From Pseudovirgaria hyperparasitica (Eukaryota): a stretch of 64,000 nucleotides of DNA. The stretch lies in NCBI GenBank assembly GCA_010093815.1, contig ML996571.1; one strand, given 5' to 3'. Below, piece after piece: positions 1-12,147 of this stretch. The translations under genes were made by a program, and so were the position numbers. Position 1 is the stretch's first letter. Each line of letters begins with the position of its first letter. The notes below the pieces were generated by a model. The model worked only from the letters and a program-made list of their open reading frames with translations, searched no databases and was not told the DNA's origin.

Positions 1-894
1 CTTGATCAAACCCAGGTAATGCGCGATGCCCGCGAAGATGACCATGAAATGGAAGATCTGATGGCTCGCGCCCACAAAGTCGAATGTATAGGGGTACAAC
101 CGCTCCGGCACCCTGGCAGCATAAGCCGCAGCTCCGAAGATATTGAAAGAGGCCATGGCCAACATCCACTTTAACGCCATGCGGCGCTCCTGGATCTCAA
201 TCCCATGCAGCATGATTCCATGAGTGACAAAGAACATGGCAGCAAGGCCTAACCCTGTGTACATGCCAGCGCGATAGCTTCGGAAATGCGGCGTGCAGAA
301 GCGTGGGTGCATCGTGGTGATAATACAGCCAGCAGCGAGCGCTGTCGTCAGCGCCCAGTGGAAGTATCGCAGAGTGGGATCGCAGATGAAACCATAGTAG
401 ATGGATGGTAGGCTCGCCGTCCACATCAGCAGCACGATCCCCAAGTAGTCCAGTTGATTGCCAAATGATGCGATCGAGGGACTATGGTTCCAGACTATAT
501 GGCAGCTGGCAGAGCAAGCGAAACATATCGAGACTCCGTGGAAGTAGCCAGTGAACAGCACAAAGTCGATCAGGGACGCATGAGGCGTCTCGAGGTAGAC
601 GCTGTAGTAGAAGTGGAATGGCAATGCGGCGAATAACACACTGCCAGCGATGTGCGAGATTATGTTAATTGTTTCATTGTGCCAGCGGAAAGAACTTTGG
701 AAACAATCCAACGTCGAGTCTGCAGTCGGTCTGTAGCCTGAGAGGAGATACTCGTTTTCCTGTTGCCAGCTTGGGATTTCGTGGAAGTGTAAAAGTCGTT
801 GTTTCGTTTTGAGGGTCGAAAGAGTATCAGGATCGCTCGGCACGCTTTGATATGTGATCTGGGTCTCGGTTTTCATGCTTACTCTCCTTGACAT
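1..894 (-). CDS. PAQR / hemolysin-III (IZH-like, mPR-like) membrane protein, runs off the left edge
   Basis: Missing from the ORF track (no stop in window). Manual translation from ATG 894 gives LHFHEIPSWQQENEYLLSGYRP...HNETINIISH...SASCHIVWNHS...LDYLGIVLLM...ARVPERLYPYTFDFVGASHQIFH...AHYLG, i.e. the PAQR ExxxNxxSH, SxxxH and HxxxH motifs. Confidence 0.92.
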   Translation of the reverse strand, partial: MSRRVSMKTETQITYQSVPSDPDTLSTLKTKQRLLHFHEIPSWQQENEYLLSGYRPTADSTLDCFQSSFRWHNETINIISHIAGSVLFAALPFHFYYSVYLETPHASLIDFVLFTGYFHGVSICFACSASCHIVWNHSPSIASFGNQLDYLGIVLLMWTASLPSIYYGFICDPTLRYFHWALTTALAAGCIITTMHPRFCTPHFRSYRAGMYTGLGLAAMFFVTHGIMLHGIEIQERRMALKWMLAMASFNIFGAAAYAARVPERLYPYTFDFVGASHQIFHFMVIFAGIAHYLGLIK

Positions 895-1616
895 GCTTCA
901 GCGGAGGTCTCCCAGCAGGCATTATCAAAGGCCTGTCGGGCGGTTGTTATACGCAGATTTTAGACGCCGAAAGTTGTCAACAAGGCTGCAACGGGAAGTG
1001 GGGGACAAAGACCCGCAGCAGCGCTTGTTTAAGCCGTATGATTGGCTAAATCCATTGATGTATTAGCGTAGCCACTCTTTTGACGACATCCGGTCTATCT
1101 ACATCCTCCTCTGCATTCCATCAGCATATTCTTTCATCAACTTGGAGAGCTTGATGTGTCCGACTCATGAAATCTATAAATACTCGGACCAAATGCTAGC
1201 ATCCGCGTTATCTCGGTGCGATTGTGCCGTGTGCGCGGTTACGTCTCTTCTCATTATCAAATGATAGAACAGCAATGTTGCCTCGCCAGCATATGCTCGA
1301 TGTGTTGATGCAGAGAGCAACTCAAGTCCAAAGCGCTTCGAGCGCTCTCTAAGCGCAAGAAATTCACTGGCCAATACTCACTTGGTTACAGACCTGTACT
1401 GTACTATCCGTACGCGCTTGACGCCTCCAGTGAGACCTGAAACATCCCCTTCCAGCCGTGCCGTTCTAAAAGCCTTCATGGCTGATCGATCATGCAAGTA
1501 GTCTCAAGTACTGTATCCATGGGCGCTTCGACATCCATGTTAAGACCAGGATGTCTGACATTCCCCATCGCACACCCCATGCTTGCTCTATCTATTCCCT
1601 ACCGTGACTCTCACTC

Positions 1617-3413
1617 ATGGACTTCAGCGATATAGCGAATGTCACCGTCGGCAACCATACACTCGTTGGATGGGTTGACGGTCCGGACCGGCGTGGGACG
1701 CTGTCAATCTTGATATCATGTCTCACGACACTATTGCTATGCACATGGTCTGCCATGCATCTCAATGTCCCCAAAAGGCATGTGAATGAAGTCTCATACA
1801 TCAAGACCCAAGTGTTCTGGAGTCTGGTGGGGATATTCGGGCCGGAACTTGCAATCTGGTGTGCGTGGAGGCAGTACATGTCGGCAAAGGCATTGCGGGA
1901 TCAGATCAAAGCAGCTCTGCTTAATGTATGTCAGTCACTGTTCAGGACTAAGTATACATTTAGCTAACATTCCCTCAAGTCGGGCAAGCACAGCAGTTAC
2001 CACGAAGAATGGACACTGACGCACGGCTTCTACGCGAGTATGGGAGGGTTTGTCGTCGATCTGGATTCTCACGACATGTCCGACAAACCAAAGTTCCTCA
2101 GAAACTCAACACGGCTCACACTCACTCCCAAAGGCATCCTACTTCTGGCTCGTTGCGGATACCTACCCTCGATAAGACGCGAGGAAATTGAAGATAAAAG
2201 TAAGACTGATGGTCTGGGCAAGTTCCTCGCCTGTGGCCAAGCTCTCTGGATGACGGCACAAGTCATCGCTCGACTAGCCAACAACCTCCCAATCACACTA
2301 CTCGAAGTGACCACCCTAGGTCACGTCCTCTGTGCCCTAATCCTGTACAGCTTCTGGTGGTACAAGCCACGCTGGATCGCGGAACCGACTCGCTTGGACG
2401 GAGACTGGATCCCCATGATATGCGCCTTCATGTGCATGGCCTCGAAGCTAGGCGACGACCTCACGATCGGCGAGAGCGATTTCCAAGAACGCTTCGCAGT
2501 CGACACAGCAGAAATCTCACGTCTGCGATATGTCTTCCAGGAGACGCAGGAGGAGTATCCCGATCAAATCTCTACAAACATCGGCGATGCCCAATCCTAT
2601 GACTTCGCGCCACACCCTCGCCCTCAACGAGCACGCACAGGCAGCAGCGGCAGCTTCGTAACCCGCCCGGGCACAAACTCCCACAGCAAAGAAACAACCA
2701 GCAGCAGCATCGTAATCGACATCACCCCCCTTCCCTCAACAAATCCCACAATCGACCCCGTAACACTGACCAGACACGACCTCGCCAGCCAAGCCATCAC
2801 CACCTATCCCGCAATCCGCAAACTCATGCAATACCCCGTCCCCGCACACGCCCAGAAACACGCCCAGGCCATCCAGCTATACCCCGAGATGCCGCCCAAG
2901 GTCAAGAACGCCATCGCAGGCTGGCAGCCCGCGTCGAGGACGTGGCTGGAATGCCAGACCGAGCATCTCGTCTGCACGACGGCAAGCAATTGGCCGTCGG
3001 AGGGTCTGCTGCGGCCGACTGGCGGGCTGGCGACGGGGGCAGCGCTGTGGTTCTCGAGCATCGCGTTTGCCGCGATCCATATCGCGGCGTGGCACGATGC
3101 GTTTCCGTCGGTGGTCGAGGCGTGGCTGTGGCGGGCGTCGGCGGTGTATCTCTGCTTTTCGGGCTGTTTGTGGTGTTTGATTCATGTGCTTGCGGATGTG
3201 TCGGCGGGGTTGTGGTGGCTTTGGTATGATCTGTTGACGGGTGGCGGACCGAAGTTGTTGAGGAGTTTGCTGTTTGCGGTTTGTAGTGTTTGTGGCGTGG
3301 CGTATGTGTTTGCAAGGTTGTTTCTGATTGTTGATTCTTTCGTGAGTCTGCGCTCGCTGCCAGCGGCTGCGTTTATTGTTCCACAATGGGCGGTGAATGT
3401 CCCGCATGTGTAA
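1617..3413 (+). CDS. Uncharacterised fungal multi-pass membrane protein (2 exons: 1617-1925, 1980-3413)
   Basis: Intron GTATGT..GCTAAC..AAG at 1926-1979 joins ORFs 1617 and 2040 in frame. Motifs GWVDGPDRRGTLSILISCL, WTLTHGFYASMGGF, IEDKSKTDGLGK and IHIAAWHDAFPS are typical of a common fungal family of unknown function. Confidence 0.85.
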
Positions 3414-3601
3414 TCGAAGCACTTGGATTCGAACGGCGCAGAATATTCCATCAGAAACGTTAATACCATCATTAACCCCTGTAATTCGAGGTAATAATAC
3501 CCATATATCCATCTATACAACTCCAAGCATTTCTTTTCCCCTTCTACTCCACTCCTCAGTCCCGACCCAACACCCCCCCAACACCCCCAAACCAAGCCCC
3601 C

Positions 3602-4716
3602 TCAAAACCACGAAAACCCAATCCGATCCGCAAAATCCACATTCTCCTCCACACACTCGATCCGCTTCCCCGCCGTCCCAAACAACCGATCCCACAACAG
3701 CGTCTGCTTCCCATAATTCTTCGTCTTCCGATACCCCATCCGATGATGAATATCATGGTCCTCAACCGTCAACTCACACCCAAACAGGCCCAGAATCTTC
3801 GTGTGCACGCTCACCGTCGTCGTGTACACGCGCACGCCCGAGTGGCCCATGACCTCCGAAAAGGCCACGTACTGGTGGCACATCCACCAGTCGTAGAAGT
3901 TCATGGGCAGGCCGAGCAGCCTCATGGTGGCGTAGGTGAGCAGGGGGATGCCGATGATGTCGAAGATTTCTTGCTCCGTGTCGGCGTAGATGGTGAGGAG
4001 TGGGTTGGGGTGCTTGGTGAGGTGGTGGGTGCGGTGGTATTTCCAGAGGAAGGAGACGTCGTGCATTGCGCGGTGGTACCAGTAGAACCAGAAGTCGAGG
4101 ATGACCTGTGCGAGATCTGTTAGGGCTGGCCATGCTTCTCTCTGTATTCCCTGTATGGAATTATGGTACTTACCCCGTAGAGTCCGATCTCAATCGGGGT
4201 CCACCATGTCATGTCGGTCGGCACCTGGCTGGAGCGCCATCCTAGGAACGTACACATCACGGGCCTGAGGAACGCGACAGAGAGCAACGACTGCACCACG
4301 CCACGCACGCTATGATCCGGTACCTCGTCCCTCCTGTGAACCTCGCCATCAAGATGACCATAGGCATTGCCCATCCTCCGCAACGCATTAATCTGATGAA
4401 TCGCATTCACCGTAAACGCCGTACTATACAGCGCAACCGCGGCAGCAGGATGGATATTATGCCCCGTGTAATTGACGTACAGCTGGTGGACAACGAGCGG
4501 CCATAGAGCGTGGAGGATGATCCAGATATGGCTCGAGGTTTGGGTGACATAGGGCATCTTGTCCGTCTTCTTGTGCACGGGGGGCTCGGTACCGACATCG
4601 GTAGGGTGGACGTGTATGATGTCGAGGAACCACATCCAGAAGTTCCATTCGGACTTGTCCTTTGTGCGCCATGTCGACTTCATGGAGTCTTTGGCGTTGC
4701 GTTGAGCGACGACCAT
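3602..4716 (-). CDS. Fatty acid hydroxylase / sterol desaturase superfamily protein (intron 4106-4173)
   Basis: The spliced product contains the His boxes FYWYHRAMH, YHRTHH and DHDIHH, followed by NYGKQTLLWDRLFGT. Confidence 0.9.
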
Positions 4717-5662
4717 GTTGACGGTTGATACAGGGAAAAATTAACCAAGACCTCCGTCTGTCACCAATCCCGATCTCGAAGGGGTCACATCTTATCATAT
4801 ATCAATCATATTTGACGTCCCCCGACACCACCACCCACGTGTGGTCCCACTTCCAAGTGTCAAACATGTCAGCTCTTGTAGGCTCGGAGCATGTGAAGGT
4901 GGAAATTGTTGGGACCACAAATGTGGAGCTGACCTTTTCTTCTAAGCTTGCGAGACTTGACATATAACGGCGATGAAGTGTTTCACAAATTTTGGTGAGA
5001 GGTTCTGTGCCGAGGTGCATCATATCCGGTCCACACTTGATGAGCACCGACCCAAATGCAAGCCGAGCTATTTTTAAGGTCCCGTTTCTCAGACGCCAAA
5101 GACGATGAAATGGTGCAATGTGGCCCGTGATCAGAGCTTAGTCCCGGACATGTGAAAGCGCGGCCTGGCTGTAGCGACATTGTTACCGTGATGATAGGTA
5201 GATGCTTAATTAACCGAAGATTGGTATTACAATACCAGGCAGTCCGAGGCAAGAACACGGGATGAAGGAGTAAACGCAGGTAAGCAATCGATCATCGCTT
5301 CATATTAGGCTCCATGCACTATCGACCGGGTAAATGCATTTGTATACAACATGGCTGTCACCCGCTCCAACCTGACCTCATAGTACAATGTATATGCAAG
5401 AAGACTGGACTCGTCGATGATAAAGCGCGCCGAGCGACATTCAAATCGCTCATCATCATCGTCCTCAATAACATCGAACATCATTAGAAGAGGAGGGGAG
5501 CTAAATCTCATCAGCAGACGCAGCAGCTATGCACGCTTGTGCTGCTTCAAATATCCAGCAAAACCATATGATATGGCAAGGAAAGAGAAATAGAAGCCCA
5601 AACGCTTAGATGACCAGTGACATAGGGAAGGTTTGGTTGTTGGGTATCATTACGTTCTCGGT

Positions 5663-8600
5663 TTATCGCGAGCTGTCAATCGAACCTTGTTGACGCGCAG
5701 GCGGACTTTGTGGCCGGCTCCAGAAATCCATGCTAACGATTACGTCTTCTCCGACCTCGTCTTCATGGGCGTAGAGAATCTACACTAAGTTAGCCAGTGA
5801 CTTCCAAGAGGATCGTCAAATGTGACACCACAGACCTCTCTGGTGGAATAATGCAGCATCCTAATGTTCTTCGCCGTCACTATGTGCACCAGCGCACCAC
5901 TCTCCAAATGCCGTATCTCAATAAAACTAGGCTCGAAAGCCAGGATGTAGGAACCGAAAATGGCAAAGGCTTGCGGATTGCCCTCCCATACGATCTGCCA
6001 ATCTGGTCGAGTGCGCCAGCCATTGCGATTCACGAAGAATGAGTAGTCCATGTAGGACAACAAGAATTCACTCTGTAGCCTTTCAATGTGGATCGGTTTC
6101 ATGTTCTCTCGTTGAGAAACAAAGTCAAGCGATGTGTCTGCTTGATCCAGTAGAGACTGGGTCTCCAATGTTTCAAGACTGACGACTTCAAAGCCACGAG
6201 CGCAGCCAATACACAGCTTTGATCGCAAGAAGTGAATGGAACTGGCTTCCGAGGGGATGTAAAGCTCCTTGTACGGCTTAAGAACATCTTGACCACCCGT
6301 TAGCATCTTGGCAAACCCAGACTTCTTTTGCTTCTTTATCATGTTCTCCATTGGTTCGTAGACCTTGACTGTCGTCGAAAGAGCTGAGGTTCTGACACAG
6401 CATACGAGCTGTGCGCCGTTGCATACACCAATCTTAAAGAGGTTGGCATGGCAAATCTTTCGTGCGCGCTTATTCAATGCATCGTCGGATTCGAGCGCGT
6501 CCGTGGAATACGAATACAAGGTCTTGTCACTCAATACCAGAAGAATCGAGTAGTTCTCCAGGACGTCTATCTGCGTGACAGATTTGCAGTCCAAGACACG
6601 TCGCGGCTTGAATGATGCATCTTTGGGCTTGCGGTCTGAAACGTAAATGCCGAAATCGGTCCCGTACACCAGTTTTCGGCCGCCATCTAATTGAGGTAAG
6701 TATATATCAAACATGTTGTCGGTGACTCTCCTACCTATAGGCACACAGCAGTTCACTCTGTTCGTCGAGTTGAAGAAGCCTTCATTCAGTTTCAAGTGCA
6801 CATAAATGTTGCTTCGTTCCCTGACATTACGTTGTTGTGCTTCGATATGTTCCATCCACTTTTGCTGCTGGATCTGACTGCTGCAGTACAGTGTGATGTC
6901 ATATCCGCCTTTGCCAAGATGTTTGAAAGTGATTGGGAAACCTTGCTGCTTTGCATCTGGTCTCTGGCCTGTCATAGTATTGGTACGAGTACCTGGGATG
7001 AGACTAGAAGATGGGCGTTTCGCAATGCCTATTTTGGGAAGGAACTCCTCCATTTGACCAATGACCAAAAGCTCGAGAGGGATCGGTTTGCGGTGTACGC
7101 GTTGTTCTTCTCTCTTATTGACGGTTTTGACCTTGACAAGAAGGACGGCGTGGTCGAAGAGGTAGGCCGCAATGTCTCCTTGGGCGTCTGTCGGACTGCG
7201 CTTCAGTTGGGCCTTGAATACAATTCGACGATTCTCCTCTGTGAGCTTGAGATCTACGAATTCGCCGTTGCGCCACTTGAGATCTCGGCTGAGCTGCATC
7301 AAGTTGAAGTGATTTTCTGCCTTCCCTGATTCGGTGTTGACCTTGGACAGGAAATCCCTGATCATGGCTATGGCCTTTGGAATATCTTGCTTGTCTGGAT
7401 TGTCATCTGCAGTGTATTTCGCGACGTTCTCCAGTAGTAGCGGGTATCTTGCCAACCTCGTTGTGGGCTTAGTGAGGTAGCCATTGAGTTCTAGTTTGCG
7501 TGATTCCTTCATTCGTTCGACTTCATCCACAAATTTGGAGAAGTGAACATTTGTCCGTTTTTCGTGCTCAAATTCGTACTTTCCAAAAAGTTGGTTTGCA
7601 CCATACTTGATGAAAGGACTGAAGTGAGGAACATAGTCCAGGAAAATGTCACCTACATTTCGAACGACAGGGCTCTGTTGCTGACGGCGTGTCAGAGATT
7701 CCGCCATGCGCGAGTTGACCATGTAGACTTCCTGACAGTTCGAGAAGACAGTTCGCACAAACTTCTCTCTGCGATGCTCTGGTACAGGAGACGTGGCTGG
7801 ATTTCGAAGAGGTTTCATCCAGAAGTCCCTAAGGTATTCCAAATCCTTGACAAAGTCACGTTCGGTGTACATAATCTCGGAAATGACTTCTTGGCGTTTC
7901 TTTTCCTTGTCGTCGATGCTGTCTGCAACCTCCTTCGATACAGTATTGATCCAAAGTTTTTGCTCATCATTTGCATCTTCGTGTAGACTGGCACTGGAAT
8001 CCTCTTTCCTCAATCCTGGCAACGGTTTCATGTTCAAACGAGCCTGCTGCTCGAGTCGTCTTGGGCATGCGATCGAGTAACAGAGCTGATCACGAGTACA
8101 TGTCGGCGAATAGCACTCAGTGAGCAAAGTGAACACTCCATTGACGTCTGTGTCGTCCTCGATGACGGTTTCGCGAAACTCGTAGATCTCGTTACTGGAA
8201 TCTCGTAGCCTGTGTGCATAAGTGACATCGTGAAAGAACTTTTGCGCATCGAGCGATCGGCCTAGCAGTAAGGCAAGATTTCGGTCGGTAGTCTTGATAA
8301 TGTAAGATATCAAGTCAACAGCCTCGGCGCCAGTGAAACCATTTTTGTAGACAAGACCGTCCTTCTCCTGGTCGTTCACCCCAATGCGATCGCGAAAAGT
8401 CTGGGCGACTCTAGATAATAGCGCGGGGTATACTAGAGGTGACCGTCTTTGGGACACCATCAATGCCTGTGAGTTTGTCTTTGAGCCCGATGGTCGAGAT
8501 GTCATGGTGTCAGTTCTGTCTCCTATAGTCGAGGCCATCGACATGGTACGCGAAGGCGGTATGCTACTTTGGCTGGGAGACCGGACCTTGACAGTTGAAG

Positions 8601-9450
8601 TCGAAGATGCACTCCACGTGCTTGATTGGTCCTGCTGCTCCACTGGGTAGTCGTCCGTATTGCTGGATTCCCGTCTTCTGGTCGGTATGATGCGTCCACT
8701 GTTCGTCTGCTGCACGGCATTGTTTGCCTCCCGGCCGTACGAACTCATGGACATGGTCCGTTCATCCTCTGGACGCTGTGGTATGACTCGACCATACTGC
8801 GTTGTGCTCGCCGTGTGGTTCATGTATGGGGCTTGACGGAAGGCATTTGCAGGTGCCATTGGGCCTTGATACGGGGGGCGCTGGCCGGTCGCCAAGGATT
8901 GTGTCCTGAACCCATCATTGCTCATTGCTGGAGCTGGAGGGCCGCCAGGATACCTGTTGGGCATTGGCTTAGTGCTGGAAGTTAGTGAAGGGGCACGTTC
9001 ATCTAGGCGCTGTGGTTGACCATATGGTCGGCGATCTGTCCGAATAGGCTGTGGGTATTGCTGTTGCGCAGGTGGTGCTCGTTGTTGCATCGAATGTGCT
9101 TGAATCATGTGTGGGCGTTGCGATGGATGATTGAACGTATTTGTCTGCGCACGACTGAAATTTGGAGCTGCATGATGCTGCTGGTGGTTACTCTGCTGTT
9201 GTGGTGGATACCCGTTCGACATCGGGGGCATGGGCTGTCGGGCGGGGGGTGCTCGTGGCATCATATCTGCGGTCATAGTTCGCGACCTTCCATCTTGCGA
9301 CATCTGTGGTCCACCCATAGTCTGAGCCCTTCCTGGTGGAGGTGCTCCGAATATGTTTGCGTACGCGGCATCTCGTTGGTGATTCGAGGTGTGGCCATGG
9401 TTTGGCGGTCGGCCGTAGTCTCTCCCTTGCTGAGAGCTAAAGTCTGCCAT
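5663..9450 (-). CDS. ROM2: Rho1 guanine nucleotide exchange factor (DEP-DH-PH-CNH); introns 6687-6734 and 5780-5835
   Basis: DEP region (FTGAEAVDLI..LLGRSLDAQKFFHDV), DH region (KRQEVISEIMYTERDFVKDL..PTTRLARYPLLL), PH and C-terminal CNH regions. Last exon ILYAHEDEVGEDVIVSMDFW...* ends at 5663; first ATG at 9450. Confidence 0.95.
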
Positions 9451-10165
9451 AGAAGTCCGTCCGTCTGCCGACAGGATGTTCAAAAACCAAACATTCGTGA
9501 GTATGGGATGTTGATATCCTAGGAGTTACCCAACACTTCTCGTTGTGGTTGTGCGTGAACTTCGGCTCGGTCGATCGGGCTTAAGGAGGTGCTCTTCGTC
9601 CTTGGAAACCTCGAGCGCTACAGCTCCGGTTTTGAGTGGTGTGATTCTCGTGTGTCTTTTCCAGGGATGAGCGAGGCCTGGATGCGAATCTTGACGTCTG
9701 CCCGCTCGAAGATAGTGGCTAGGTCGGGAGAGTCCACCACTGATGTCAGGCAAGATGTCCGTGGAGTTGTTGAGGACGGGAGAGGGCGGGAGAAGGTAGA
9801 GAATACGAAGGCCTCGGGAAGTCACTCTGCTCAAGGCCAAAGTAACAAGAACGAAAGGGCTCAATCCCGGGCAAATGAAGTGCAGGAGTTGGATGTGGAT
9901 CTCTGGCGTGGAGAAGTGAGAGAGTTGCGGATTCTCAGTTCTCATCGGAGCTTCCTTGGCGCGCTACCCACTAGCGCCTTTTGCTGCAGTCGGCACTCAC
10001 TGGGGGATTGCGAGATGCACAGGTCATGAAGTGCGTCTCTACAATTTACAACCTCACACTGCCCTTCACCACTACGAACAATCGTCTTCATCATCTACGA
10101 CTCGTCACCGCCTCTCACTATATATTTGATCTTATCTGCTGCTTAGAGCAGTTCTGAACTGCAAG

Positions 10166-10974
10166 ATGGAGTCAGAGCTGACCCCCAAGTTCGCGCCCTT
10201 CATTGGCATGGTTAGTCCATTCCGAGCAACGCATCCTCCAGTATATCGCTAACATTGTGTAGGCTGGCATTGCAGGAGCTGTAAGTCGATTCACTACACG
10301 TAGCACAGGAGTCTACCGATACTGAGCCTTCTGCGTACAGATGATCTTCGGCTGTATGTACAAGCAATAGAACGACATACCTGGGTGCTTTTCTAACGAA
10401 CGACAACAACACAGGCGCAGGAGCTGCATTTGGCACAGCAAAGTCGGGTATTGGCATTGCTGGTGTTGGAACCTTCCGGTCGGACCTCATCATGAAGGTG
10501 TGCAATATCTACCCTACCTGCATCCCAAGCTCATGAAAGCAGTCCTTGATCCCCGTCGTCATGTCCGGTATCATCGCCGTATATGCCCTTGTCATCGCAG
10601 TCCTTATTGCATCCGATGTAATGGCTCCTCCCGCAAAATACTCATTGTTTAGTGCATTCATGCATCTTGCTGCAGGACTGTCGGTGGGCCTAAGTGGACT
10701 GGCTGCAGGATACTCGATAGGGATTGTAGGCGACATGGTAGGTTGCGCACAACACATGGACGGGGGCTCAGCTGATCCAGACCAGGGAGTGCGATCGTAC
10801 ATGCAGCAGTCAAGAATCTTTGTTGGCATGGTACTGATACTTATTTTTGGCGAAGTTTTGGGTCTCTACGGGTATGGTCCCACAGCAGTCCTACCACTAT
10901 CTCTAGTCGTACTGTGCTAACATTGTTACAGGTTGATCGTTGGACTTATCCTGAACACGCGCGCCAGAGGTTGA
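10166..10974 (+). CDS. VMA11: V-type ATPase proteolipid subunit c' (7 exons)
   Basis: Exons 10166-10210, 10263-10280, 10341-10353, 10415-10497, 10543-10737, 10786-10871 and 10932-10974 give [64 protein letters not shown]...[25 protein letters not shown], with the essential TM4 Glu present. Confidence 0.93.
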
Positions 10975-11731
10975 GAAGTGTACGCTGGCGCGGGCATCAT
11001 CATTGCGAAGAGGACACAATAGCAATACTTGTACAATACATAAGAAGACTATTTGGTGTAATGTGCTGGGACAGCGCTCGATCTGCGTGGGATCCGTGGC
11101 GCTTCTGAGTTGACAGGCCGCATGATCGATATCGACGTTGAACAAAGCGGAAGACGTGTGTTCATATGTCAGATCAAGCCTGCCTCGACCATGTATGTTG
11201 TTAATGCCGGTACGTACGGACTTGGGAGTAGAGTACGTCTACGTGTATAGTTGCTTGCTTCAGCGTGTCTCATATATGTTATGCTTGAGTGTATGATACA
11301 GACAAGGCCTGGTACGTCTCGTCGGAGAATAGTGCACGGATCATACTCTCGCGATGCACAGTGAAATCGGGAACAGCATAATATCCTTTTTGACAGCCTC
11401 CTGGACCTGGACTTCTAGCATCAAAGCTGACATCTACTCCTACATCGAGATGCACCCGACATGCCAGCACGACAGAGTCACATGTTGCGAAAGTGGACTG
11501 ACGAACAGATACAACCCATGCCTTGCATATCGCATTCCAATGAGCACTCTCTTCTAGACGCCGACCTTGAACGACCGAGCCGCTAATCAATTAGATGAAA
11601 GAGGCTGGGAGTGGTGGTATTGTCACCAGCCTCATCAGCAGCGTATCGGCTGTAGAGACCAATGGGATGAAGACCAAATGAAGTCTGCAGCAGACAGTTT
11701 CACATCTTTGGCCCAATCTACCTCCTACTAA

Positions 11732-11783
11732 CTGACATTGACACTGACACTGACACTGACACTTGACATTCACACTGAACACT
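11732..11783. repeat. Imperfect (ACACTG)n microsatellite
   Basis: ctgacattgacactgacactgacactgacacttgacattcacactgaacact. Confidence 0.8.
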
Positions 11784-12147
11784 GGCCGTAGGGGGACAAA
11801 TGGAATGGATTATCTCCACTTAGGTAATGCAGGCACGGCGCCACCGGCTTCGTCATAGGCAAAGAGTAGTTTAGGTCGTAGTTCCCGAGCTGGCATTTCC
11901 CTCCCGTTTTTGGACTTCAGCCCCTCCAATCGATGAACCCCGAGCTGTTCCAATTTAGATGACTGCTCACTCTCTTCACTACCCTCACGCTTCTTCGCGA
12001 CCGGGTCCGGTCTGAAAATAAACGGCCCAATCTCGCGTCCAAGTCCAAGAGAAAGCTGCTCCATCTACTCTTTTCCGTCTCGGAGAATGATCCAGACACC
12101 AGCGCGCGCATCGTCTTTCGCATGAAAGACGAGCTACCACCACCACC

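Noticed and set aside
9526..10029. 139-aa (-) and 146-aa (+) ORFs between ROM2 and VMA11
   Set aside because: No recognisable motifs; they occupy the 5'UTR/promoter space of two divergent genes.
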